Positions 1 through 7,781 of a stretch of DNA of 64,000 nt are shown piece after piece. The notes beneath the pieces were generated by a model. That model searched no databases. It worked only from the letters and a program-made list of their open reading frames with translations, and had not been told where the DNA came from. The stretch lies in the IMG/VR virus record IMGVR_UViG_3300021964_000052, positions 1,258 to 65,257 of that record. One strand, written 5' to 3'. The first letter of the stretch is position 1. Every line of letters begins with the position of its first letter. Source of the DNA: a virus (taxonomy: Duplodnaviria; Caudoviricetes). The translations under genes were made by a program, and so were the position numbers.

Positions 1-346
1 TAAATCCTCTCCATCCATAGTTAAAATTCCAGTCAAACCAGAAGTCGTATCTGTTTACATATAGATCCCATGGTGAATAATTATATCTATATTTGAATAG
101 AAAGTTTCTATTATAAAAAGAATAGTACCATCTAAGATCTTGATCTAATGCAAACTGAGTAAAGTTCCATCTAAATTTGTTATCGTTATTAAACTTTCTA
201 TGTAATCCAAATTCACTATCAATCACATCTACATTAATACCTGAAGAGGTCACAAATGCTTTAGGAGTGTGATTAAGAGTAGCAACTTTAAAATAACCAC
301 AGCTAGTTAATAAAAATAGTACAAATAAAAATGTTATTCTTTTCAT
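1..346 (-). CDS. Putative lipoprotein, partial (runs off window start)
   Basis: Hand-translated: MKRITFLFVLFLLTSCGYFKVATLNH...WNFNYGWRGF; signal peptide with LTSC lipobox; CTATTTATA motif 14 nt upstream. Confidence 0.8.
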   Translation of the reverse strand, partial: MKRITFLFVLFLLTSCGYFKVATLNHTPKAFVTSSGINVDVIDSEFGLHRKFNNDNKFRWNFTQFALDQDLRWYYSFYNRNFLFKYRYNYSPWDLYVNRYDFWFDWNFNYGWRGF

Positions 347-359
347 ATAAATGGTTTAT

Positions 360-368
360 TATAAATAG
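360..368 (-). promoter_or_regulatory. Putative late promoter (CTATTTATA)
   Basis: Intergenic motif recurring just upstream of several starts. Confidence 0.5.
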
Positions 369-1151
369 TTACACTTTTATAGTAGTAGGGTAACTATTAT
401 AAATCGGTTCAGTATTAGGATTCTCTAACTGATATAGCTCATATATGTTTTGAAATAATTTAAAGTTTTTCTCTATATCATCAACCTGAAGTACTTTCCA
501 TCCTTTACCTTGCATTACTCCTTTCTGTTTGCTAGGTCCTCTCGATTTTGCTTTAAGCCATATAATCCCAGTTCTTTCTATTTCTACATCTCTACTTTCT
601 TTTAATGCTTTAGCATAAGAAGCTAATTGAAGATCGTATGATTTATGTATACTATTAGAAGTTTTAAGGTCTAATAACCATACCTCTCCGTTAATTTTAC
701 AAACAATATCTGCAGTACCAGCATACCTATACTTATCTGACCATACAAATTGTTCTGATGATATTAGTTCTGGTTTATATTCTTTCCAAAACTCTGCAAA
801 TTTTAATATCATCTCCCATACTATTTGAGAGTATTTAGCATTACCGTAATCATCCATCCAAGAGATTTCTTCTCCTTCTACTAACTTTTCAGCAGCTTCA
901 TGTACTTGAGTACCTTCTTTACCTGCTCGTCTCATAATGAGATCGGCGTTATGCCCAACGTCTTTGAGCCAAGACTCAAAAAACTTATTTTTGGGCATAT
1001 ACTGGAGTATGGTGGTTACGGACGGGTAGTATACTCCTTCGCCTCTCTTATAAACTCTCCTATCTAGAAAGTTAATTTGTTTTAACTCTGGATTGAAATC
1101 CAGTCTCTTTTTTTCATTCTGTTTAAGAATGTTCATTCCTTGTTTGATCAT
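369..1151 (-). CDS. PD-(D/E)XK exonuclease (Cas4/RecB-like)
   Basis: YPSVTTIL, GTQVH, YAGTADIV...LLDLKTS, QLASYA motifs. Confidence 0.85.
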   Translation of the reverse strand: MIKQGMNILKQNEKKRLDFNPELKQINFLDRRVYKRGEGVYYPSVTTILQYMPKNKFFESWLKDVGHNADLIMRRAGKEGTQVHEAAEKLVEGEEISWMDDYGNAKYSQIVWEMILKFAEFWKEYKPELISSEQFVWSDKYRYAGTADIVCKINGEVWLLDLKTSNSIHKSYDLQLASYAKALKESRDVEIERTGIIWLKAKSRGPSKQKGVMQGKGWKVLQVDDIEKNFKLFQNIYELYQLENPNTEPIYNSYPTTIKV

Positions 1152-2071
1152 AGATCTAATTTATGCACCATTAGACTAGAAAGGTCTAATTCATGTGCTG
1201 ATTGGATTAATTTTGTAAACGGTATAAAACCCATTTCGGAAGGATCTTTATCCGGTAACTCAATTAAAAAAACTCTCTTACCTTGATTTAAAAATTGTTC
1301 TGATATTTTTAACGCTTTACTTCTAGCGTCGGTGTCTAAAGCAATATAAATATCTTTTACATTACTTGTTATAATCTTTTTATATAATGAAGTAGAGATA
1401 CTCTTTCCCAGTATAGGTATAGCATTTCTACGTATAGCAATAGCATCAAACACTCCTTCACATAGTATTATAGGAGTATCCCAGTTAATTAAATTTTCAA
1501 AAAATATTACGTCTTTGGAAGTTTCGGGATTTTTGTATTTAAAATAGTTTCCATCATAGCTTCTCGCAACAAAAAAGTTGAGTTGATTGGATTCAGAATA
1601 ACTTGGGATAATAACTCTTCCTCCAAATTCTCCAGAAGTGCAATATCCAATCCTATATTTAATAAAATCATTATCGGTAAGTCCTCTTTCATATAAGTAT
1701 TTTCTTACTAAATTAGCTATAACTGAAGTTGTTGAAGCACTGTATAACGGTTGATACTCTTTAGGTAACTCTACTACTGATATTCCTTTGTAGTTTATTT
1801 GAGCTCCTTTAGGTAGGTATTTTAATATTTCGCTAGCTTGTTCTCTAGGAGTTTTCAACTGCCTAAGTAAAGATCTTATTGTTCTACCTTTTGTTTCACA
1901 CACCCAACACTCCCAGAAGTTCTTACCTTCTTCGGTTGTATGCATATTGATCTCTAGCTTAGGTTTACGGTGATTACAAAAAGGACAATGAAAAGCATAG
2001 TTATCTCTAGCTTTTTTATGGCTTTTGCCTAAAATATTTTCAATTGATCCTAAAAGGAAAGTATAGTCCAT
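1148..2071 (-). CDS. DNA primase (Zn finger + TOPRIM)
   Basis: CPFC...CWVC zinc finger, YLYERG, ILCEGVFDA, ALDTDA, KDPSE. Confidence 0.92.
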   Translation of the reverse strand: MDYTFLLGSIENILGKSHKKARDNYAFHCPFCNHRKPKLEINMHTTEEGKNFWECWVCETKGRTIRSLLRQLKTPREQASEILKYLPKGAQINYKGISVVELPKEYQPLYSASTTSVIANLVRKYLYERGLTDNDFIKYRIGYCTSGEFGGRVIIPSYSESNQLNFFVARSYDGNYFKYKNPETSKDVIFFENLINWDTPIILCEGVFDAIAIRRNAIPILGKSISTSLYKKIITSNVKDIYIALDTDARSKALKISEQFLNQGKRVFLIELPDKDPSEMGFIPFTKLIQSAHELDLSSLMVHKLDL

Positions 2072-2090
2072 AAACCAGTCCGTATCTTAA

Positions 2091-2125
2091 CTATAAGATA
2101 AGAACTTTAATTCAATTATGCAACT
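2091..2125 (-). promoter_or_regulatory. Putative early/host-sigma promoter for primase
   Basis: AGTTG-N20-TATCTTATAG, same spacing as 12 other copies. Confidence 0.7.
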
Positions 2126-2127
2126 AT

Positions 2128-2316
2128 CTAAGAGATTAATTCGCCGATGGCTTCTTTTACTACTGTTTCCAGAAGTGCTTTATTCTCTATATCCAGATAG
2201 TTATCTAACTTATTAGCTATAGTTTCTGCTAAATTAGTTATATCTTTATCAGATAAGTTTAGCTCAGCTCTATGAATAATTTTATTATTCTCTAATATGA
2301 TTTTTGATAACTTCAT
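2128..2316 (-). CDS. Small hypothetical protein with MKLSKIILE N-terminus
   Basis: ORF track; tightly packed; shared N-terminal motif. Confidence 0.75.
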   Translation of the reverse strand: MKLSKIILENNKIIHRAELNLSDKDITNLAETIANKLDNYLDIENKALLETVVKEAIGELIS

Positions 2317-2317
2317 A

Positions 2318-2590
2318 CTAATTGTTTTGTTTTATGATCCTTACTATTTCTCCTCTATCATCATCATCTACATGGAACACTTCATAGTCACCTAATTTAT
2401 GTCCATGATATTTATTACCAAAATCCAATAAATCTTGTTGAGTACCTCTTACATCTATTCTTCTATGCTCACTACCGGGAAACTTTAAATCAAAAGATAA
2501 ATTAGGAAATTTTTCTGCAAATTTATTTGCAAGATTAATTAGATAAACATCTTCCTTGTCTTCTGATAAAATAATGTTAGATAGCTTCAT
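2318..2590 (-). CDS. Small hypothetical protein with MKLSNIILSE N-terminus
   Basis: ORF track; shared N-terminal motif. Confidence 0.75.
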   Translation of the reverse strand: MKLSNIILSEDKEDVYLINLANKFAEKFPNLSFDLKFPGSEHRRIDVRGTQQDLLDFGNKYHGHKLGDYEVFHVDDDDRGEIVRIIKQNN

Positions 2591-2777
2591 TTCTTTTAAG
2601 TAGTTCTCTTATTATTAAATTCTTCTTTTTTCTAAAAGTATTAGTAGTATACATCTTTTTTAATTCTTCTGTAGATGTTCCAGAAGGAGTGTAGTGTTTC
2701 CATTTGTACTTATTAGTCATTCTACCTCTAGAATCTCTTTCGTATTCTTTAGTGCTTGGTTTTAATTTAGCTGGCAT
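2577..2777 (-). CDS. Small basic hypothetical protein
   Basis: ORF track; overlaps both neighbours in operon fashion. Confidence 0.7.
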   Translation of the reverse strand: MPAKLKPSTKEYERDSRGRMTNKYKWKHYTPSGTSTEELKKMYTTNTFRKKKNLIIRELLKRNEAI

Positions 2778-3093
2778 TACAAGTACAGTTTTTACAGTTA
2801 CATTCCATTTTTTTAATTACTTTTACTTTAAGATCACCTGTTCCTTTTATAAGCCGGTGATATGTTTGCTTTGGTATAAATAGTTCGGTTTCGGTAAGGT
2901 AGCGAGGAATATCGTTGTCCAATTGAAATTTCCAGTCTGTTTTATGGAGAGCTTGAACTATACGGTCTTCTTTGTCTCTATGCCATACTAATTCAAATGA
3001 AGAAGTTTCTTGCGAAAACTTTCTAACTACATAACCTTTTTTCTCTGTTTCAGAGTAAGGTCTACCAGTAACCTGAGAAATTTGATCCACCAC
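2767..3093 (-). CDS. Cupin-like small protein
   Basis: VWHRDKEDR...FIPKQTYHRLIKG pattern resembles a cupin barrel. Confidence 0.55.
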   Translation of the reverse strand: MVDQISQVTGRPYSETEKKGYVVRKFSQETSSFELVWHRDKEDRIVQALHKTDWKFQLDNDIPRYLTETELFIPKQTYHRLIKGTGDLKVKVIKKMECNCKNCTCNAS

Positions 3094-3850
3094 CTAATGA
3101 TTTCCAGTAACGGCCAATATTACATGACCAGTATCCTGCTTTTGTTTTATCTTTTTTCTGTGCACATTTATGACGTGCAGCAAATGATGCTCTTGCACCC
3201 TTCTTTTTAAATTTAACTGAAAGCCCAGTATCCCCAAATGAGACCTTTTTGACATTACCTGTCTTAGGGTTTTTAACATAAACGTAGAATTTTTTAGAAC
3301 CACCTCTTTTAGGTTTATTTAATTGAACCTTTTTACCCTTGTACTCCGCTTCGGGGATGTAGTCCACTGAGGCCTTCAGCATTTCGAATCCATTGTAATC
3401 GAAATTTTCGTTATTTATACTAACTGCTTTTCTGAATTTATTCATATTAATGTTACCGCCAATCGACTCTACTAATTCTTTTACTAGTTCAAAATCTATC
3501 ATTTCGTCTATTGATGCAGCTTCATCTATCTTATTCTCGTCTTCTATCATTTCATCGATTAAACATCCAATCTCAAATATAGCATTATACTTTGGTGACA
3601 CCATAGGTAAGTCTAAAGGTACTTTCATACCGTTATACTCTGCATATTCTCCTATATCAGTTGTTTCTAATAGTTCTTTATCTTCTTCGTTTAAATCTAT
3701 ATCTTCGTTTCTAAGGGCTTCTCTTGCTTCAGCAAATAAGTTAACAAAGGCATCGCTAGAATAACGGTAGACATGTTCGTGTAATGTTAGACCATTGTCT
3801 AAATGGTACTTTAAAGATGGATATCCAACTACTTCTTTAAGTTTAATCAT
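3062..3850 (-). CDS. Hypothetical protein, acidic N-half and basic C-terminal domain
   Basis: C-terminal KKFYVYVKNPKTGNVKKVSFGD...FAARHKC...AGYWSC. Confidence 0.8.
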   Translation of the reverse strand: MIKLKEVVGYPSLKYHLDNGLTLHEHVYRYSSDAFVNLFAEAREALRNEDIDLNEEDKELLETTDIGEYAEYNGMKVPLDLPMVSPKYNAIFEIGCLIDEMIEDENKIDEAASIDEMIDFELVKELVESIGGNINMNKFRKAVSINNENFDYNGFEMLKASVDYIPEAEYKGKKVQLNKPKRGGSKKFYVYVKNPKTGNVKKVSFGDTGLSVKFKKKGARASFAARHKCAQKKDKTKAGYWSCNIGRYWKSLGGGSNFSGYW

Positions 3851-3853
3851 AAT

Positions 3854-4273
3854 TTATTTATTATCGTTACGTTCTTGCCATTCTAAAGATACGGAATCTT
3901 TTTCAATCGGACCACCTTTTGCCCATGTTCTGCAGCTTCTAGCTGAATGACATTTGAAGTGATGCATCCAACAGTAACCTAGTCTACCGTCTTCATCAGA
4001 GGTAACTCCAGGCATACATTCATCCATTCTAGGTGAAATATCAAATGCTACACAATTACTACAATTAGAGGCTTTAGCTGCTTCTAAAGATGTATTCCAA
4101 TATTTAGCTATATCTTTCCAGTAACTACCAGGTTTATCTACATTCAATGGTCCATACTGTACATGAGTTGCTTTAATTGAAGCATCTCTATTCTTAGTAT
4201 TAAGCATTAAATCCTGTGTTGCTACAGGGCAAGATTTATTATTTTCTTTTAAGATTATATCTCTTAACTTCAT
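3854..4273 (-). CDS. Cys-rich putative metal-binding protein (MKLRDIILKE N-terminus)
   Basis: CSNCVAF...YCWMHHFKCHSARSCRTW. Confidence 0.7.
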   Translation of the reverse strand: MKLRDIILKENNKSCPVATQDLMLNTKNRDASIKATHVQYGPLNVDKPGSYWKDIAKYWNTSLEAAKASNCSNCVAFDISPRMDECMPGVTSDEDGRLGYCWMHHFKCHSARSCRTWAKGGPIEKDSVSLEWQERNDNK

Positions 4274-4731
4274 ATATTGAAATCTTTTCTATAAAATTTA
4301 GCGAGAATGTTATCATTAATGTATTCATTATGCTCTAACACCTCTTTTATAAATAGGTATTTGCATTCAAAATATGTTAATTGCTTCTTATTCGGTACAT
4401 AACAGAGTATTTCCCTAGTAAATTCACTCTGTTTACCTTCTTTGATTAATTTTAAGATATCTTTATGAGAACCGTAATAAGTCATCCAATCTGATTCTGT
4501 AATGACTTTTTGTTTAAGTGGAACTCTTCCTCCTATACCTTTTGCTCTTCTTTCTTCCCTTAAAGCTTCTAAGGCTCTTTTACCTAATCTTTTATTTCGT
4601 TCAAAATATAAAACCTTCTTTCCAATATACTTTTTACCAGAAGGTTGATGTATAGACATATAGATAAAACCATATGTATCTTTAGGCATATCCCCTATGC
4701 TCTTTATTTCTTTACCATTAAATTTCCACAT
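4270..4731 (-). CDS. GIY-YIG-like nuclease domain protein
   Basis: YGFIY...GKKYIGKK, YYGS, FTREIL, YINDNI. Confidence 0.65.
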   Translation of the reverse strand: MWKFNGKEIKSIGDMPKDTYGFIYMSIHQPSGKKYIGKKVLYFERNKRLGKRALEALREERRAKGIGGRVPLKQKVITESDWMTYYGSHKDILKLIKEGKQSEFTREILCYVPNKKQLTYFECKYLFIKEVLEHNEYINDNILAKFYRKDFNI

Positions 4732-5279
4732 TATCCTAAATAAAACCCTGAAATTTGTAACGTATATTTATCTTTCATACCTGCATTTGCTGATAGATGT
4801 AAAGGTTTAGATGACCATAAGTAACCCTCTCCTGCTTTCCAATTATCAGATGTTTTCCAAGCATTTAGATCATTTATGTCTTGATACTGTAGCATATGTC
4901 CTACTTTCCAATCTTCTAAATAAATGTTTGCTCTTACTTTTAATCTTTTATCATCAGGGAATCTTTTATTAATTTGAAAAAAAGTATCTCTATGCAGAGC
5001 GATAGTATTGCCAGGTGGCTGTAAAATAGATGATATAGTTATTACTTCCATGTTTAATTGTTTACCTAACCCGTCAAAATCAACTATAGAGTTATCATAC
5101 CACAATTGCTGTATGACAGTATTTTCTGAGGTGTAAGTCTCTCCTAAACCATATTCTTTATGAATATCAGTTAGCTCATGTACCTGATGAGATAGGCATG
5201 TTCCTTTATGAACAGAGTAATCTTGGTTTGGGGGTAAGAAATAATTTAAGTCGTAATCTATTTTTATTTTTCGTAACAT
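4731..5279 (-). CDS. 2OG-Fe(II)/cupin-type oxygenase
   Basis: PPGNTIALHRD...H(LSANAG)...YTLQISG HxD...H triad. Confidence 0.65.
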   Translation of the reverse strand: MLRKIKIDYDLNYFLPPNQDYSVHKGTCLSHQVHELTDIHKEYGLGETYTSENTVIQQLWYDNSIVDFDGLGKQLNMEVITISSILQPPGNTIALHRDTFFQINKRFPDDKRLKVRANIYLEDWKVGHMLQYQDINDLNAWKTSDNWKAGEGYLWSSKPLHLSANAGMKDKYTLQISGFYLG

Positions 5280-5284
5280 TTTAT

Positions 5285-5293
5285 TATAAATAG
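5285..5293 (-). promoter_or_regulatory. Putative late promoter (CTATTTATA)
   Basis: Occupies the short intergenic gap before 4731..5279. Confidence 0.5.
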
Positions 5294-6859
5294 TTATTTT
5301 TTAATATAATAATCTTCTAAAAGTACTCCATCTAATTTCGTGTTATTTAATATCGAGATAGCATCTTTATAAGTATTTAGAATAGGTTTACCTGCAATAT
5401 TAAAAGAAGTATTAAGTAACATACCAATGCCAGTTTTCTCTTCCACCATTGATAAAAGTTCGTATAGGAACGGATTTTGCTGAGAAGTAACTGTCTGTAT
5501 CCTTGCTGTTCCGTCTATATGAGTTATGGATTCTAAAGTTTCCCTATACTCCTCTTTTACTTTTGGGCAAAAAGACATATACCTAGATTCTCCATTAAAT
5601 TCGAAATACTTACTCACGTCTTTTAATCTTACAACAGGAGCGAAAGGCCTATAATATTCTCTATTCTTAACTTTTTTATTTAAAGTTTCTTTCATTCCTT
5701 TAATAACCGGGTAACATACAATACTTCTATTTCCTAGAGCTCTTGGACCTATTTCACATCTTCCTTTTACTATACCGATAATTTTACCAGAGACTATATC
5801 ATCCACAACCGTATTAATATTTACCTCTGCTTTATAAGTAGAAGCATATTCAGATAAAATATCTCTATCCCAGGCTTCAGGTCCTAAATAGGGACTACTA
5901 ACTGCTTGAGTTGGCTTAATATGAGATAGCATAAAACCTAATGATAAACCAGAATCGTTAGGATTAGGAGGAATAAATGTTTTTACTTTAGTATTAATGC
6001 TAGTATTATTTAAAATATTTAATGCACAACCTCCGGAAATAATAAAGTTATTATTTATTTGTTGAAATATAGTAGAAATATTTCGTTCAAAAATATTTTC
6101 AAATACATATTGAGATGTAGCTACTAAGTCTTTTTCTAACTCTCCTGATAGTATATCTGGTAGTTTAAGTTTGAGTTTCAATTCTTTGTAGTTATTGTCT
6201 CTATTCTCCTTATCCATGTGATGACCTAAATAAAACTCCTCTAAGGCCTCAACGTAATGTTCTTGCACTTTTCCGTAACCTGCTAGCCCCATTAACTTAC
6301 CAGCATAGATTAAGTAAGCATCACGCCATTCTTTAGCTTTTCGTATTGAGTTACAATAACGTCCAATTTCAGCATATTTTTCTCCTATATTATAATCAAA
6401 ATTTTTACCTATAGGTTCTATACCTTTAACTCTATCTGCTTTATAGAAATTATAACATCCGTCATTTCCTCCTCCGTCTACCGTGGCAATTATAGCAGTG
6501 TCCAATTCTGATTGATAGAACGCTCCAGCAGCATGTCCGTCTTGATGGTATACTTCTTTCAATTTATTAGCTTTAAAAAATTGAACTATTTTGTTTTTAT
6601 TTCCTAATTTGGTAGTTAGTGTTCTTGTATCATCTTGATTACAGATTAAATAATCAAACTTATCAGCTCTATATTTAAAATTAAAATATTTTAATATATT
6701 CTGTATTGCTTTTAGAGGAAGGTGGGTAGGGTAGTACCACAGTAAACCAGCATTCTTTATATTGGTAAATCTTTCTATCTCTACGACTTCGAGAACTATA
6801 CCATCTCTAGCTAAAGTAATAGATGCGTTATGACCACAGTATATAGATAAATCAAACAT
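5294..6859 (-). CDS. Carbamoyltransferase, NodU/CmcH family
   Basis: HNAS, ERF, HxxHAAxAF, DGGG, GKLMGLAGYG, GGCALN, GPRALGNRS, RPFAP, HIDGTARIQTV, LLNTSFN. Confidence 0.93.
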   Translation of the reverse strand: MFDLSIYCGHNASITLARDGIVLEVVEIERFTNIKNAGLLWYYPTHLPLKAIQNILKYFNFKYRADKFDYLICNQDDTRTLTTKLGNKNKIVQFFKANKLKEVYHQDGHAAGAFYQSELDTAIIATVDGGGNDGCYNFYKADRVKGIEPIGKNFDYNIGEKYAEIGRYCNSIRKAKEWRDAYLIYAGKLMGLAGYGKVQEHYVEALEEFYLGHHMDKENRDNNYKELKLKLKLPDILSGELEKDLVATSQYVFENIFERNISTIFQQINNNFIISGGCALNILNNTSINTKVKTFIPPNPNDSGLSLGFMLSHIKPTQAVSSPYLGPEAWDRDILSEYASTYKAEVNINTVVDDIVSGKIIGIVKGRCEIGPRALGNRSIVCYPVIKGMKETLNKKVKNREYYRPFAPVVRLKDVSKYFEFNGESRYMSFCPKVKEEYRETLESITHIDGTARIQTVTSQQNPFLYELLSMVEEKTGIGMLLNTSFNIAGKPILNTYKDAISILNNTKLDGVLLEDYYIKK

Positions 6860-7781
6860 AATTAACTTTTTGATTTTTTATATCTATATTAGCAAACCTT
6901 TCATATTCTTCTAGTGTTCTAATATTACCTACTCCGTATTTGCCTAAATCATCTCCCATAATTAACTTCTTTAATCTTTTCATAGCCACTCTATGGTGAT
7001 TATCAGCTATAGTTTTTTCATTATTATTAAAATGTTTTTTAGGTACTTGAGGATGAGCACGGTGCCACGCTACTATTTGACTAGGAGTATAAAAGTCATA
7101 TCCAAAAGTATAAGATCTAATTGCTAAAGCAAATTCTTCTCCAGTATAGTAATGCAAAGGATCTTGTTCTACTTCTTGTACCCATTTACCGGCTGTAAAT
7201 ATAAATCCTCCGTATATTAAGGTTATACCTTTAGGTTTAAATTCTATATCAATCTGATTATTATATCCTCCATAATCAGGCCAAAAATCCTTAGAAATAA
7301 ATTTTATTTTAGGTACCTGTAAAATAGATAAATTTTCTTTTTGTTTAAATTCTAAATCTTTATTTAATTTATCGTCTCTTGTATATGCAGGAGGTAAAAA
7401 GGAAAGCAGTGGTTTTTTAATACCCTTACCTAGTAAATTATTATAGTCTTTAATTATTATTTTATCCCAGTCTTGTATAAACCTTGTATGAGAATCTACC
7501 TGTAAGGAGTAAGTTTCATAATTATAGTTTAACTGTGCTAATTGTCTAGCCCAACACCCTCCTTTAGATTCTGTATAATGATACTTATCAACTGTAATAT
7601 TATACTTCTCTACTAAATCGTCTAGACACTTCTCTGATGTTCCTATCTTATCGTCATATTGTAAGCAAACAGAAAAATATAAATTACCTGGGTTATATGA
7701 TTTATTAATACAATCTAATATTGTATATTTAATTTCGTAATCAAGATAACTTGCTATTGATATGAAAATAGTTTGATTCAT
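6852..7781 (-). CDS. GT60-like (Skp1 hydroxyproline GlcNAc-transferase type) glycosyltransferase
   Basis: TIFISIASYLD, GGCWAR, LQVDSHTRF..WD, GGFIF, YTGEE...RSYTFGYD. Confidence 0.8.
   Translation of the reverse strand: MNQTIFISIASYLDYEIKYTILDCINKSYNPGNLYFSVCLQYDDKIGTSEKCLDDLVEKYNITVDKYHYTESKGGCWARQLAQLNYNYETYSLQVDSHTRFIQDWDKIIIKDYNNLLGKGIKKPLLSFLPPAYTRDDKLNKDLEFKQKENLSILQVPKIKFISKDFWPDYGGYNNQIDIEFKPKGITLIYGGFIFTAGKWVQEVEQDPLHYYTGEEFALAIRSYTFGYDFYTPSQIVAWHRAHPQVPKKHFNNNEKTIADNHHRVAMKRLKKLIMGDDLGKYGVGNIRTLEEYERFANIDIKNQKVNYV

Noticed and set aside
369-1151. Cas4 as evidence of a CRISPR system
   Set aside because: A stand-alone PD-(D/E)XK exonuclease beside primase is a normal phage replication gene, and it lacks the Cas4 Fe-S cysteines.
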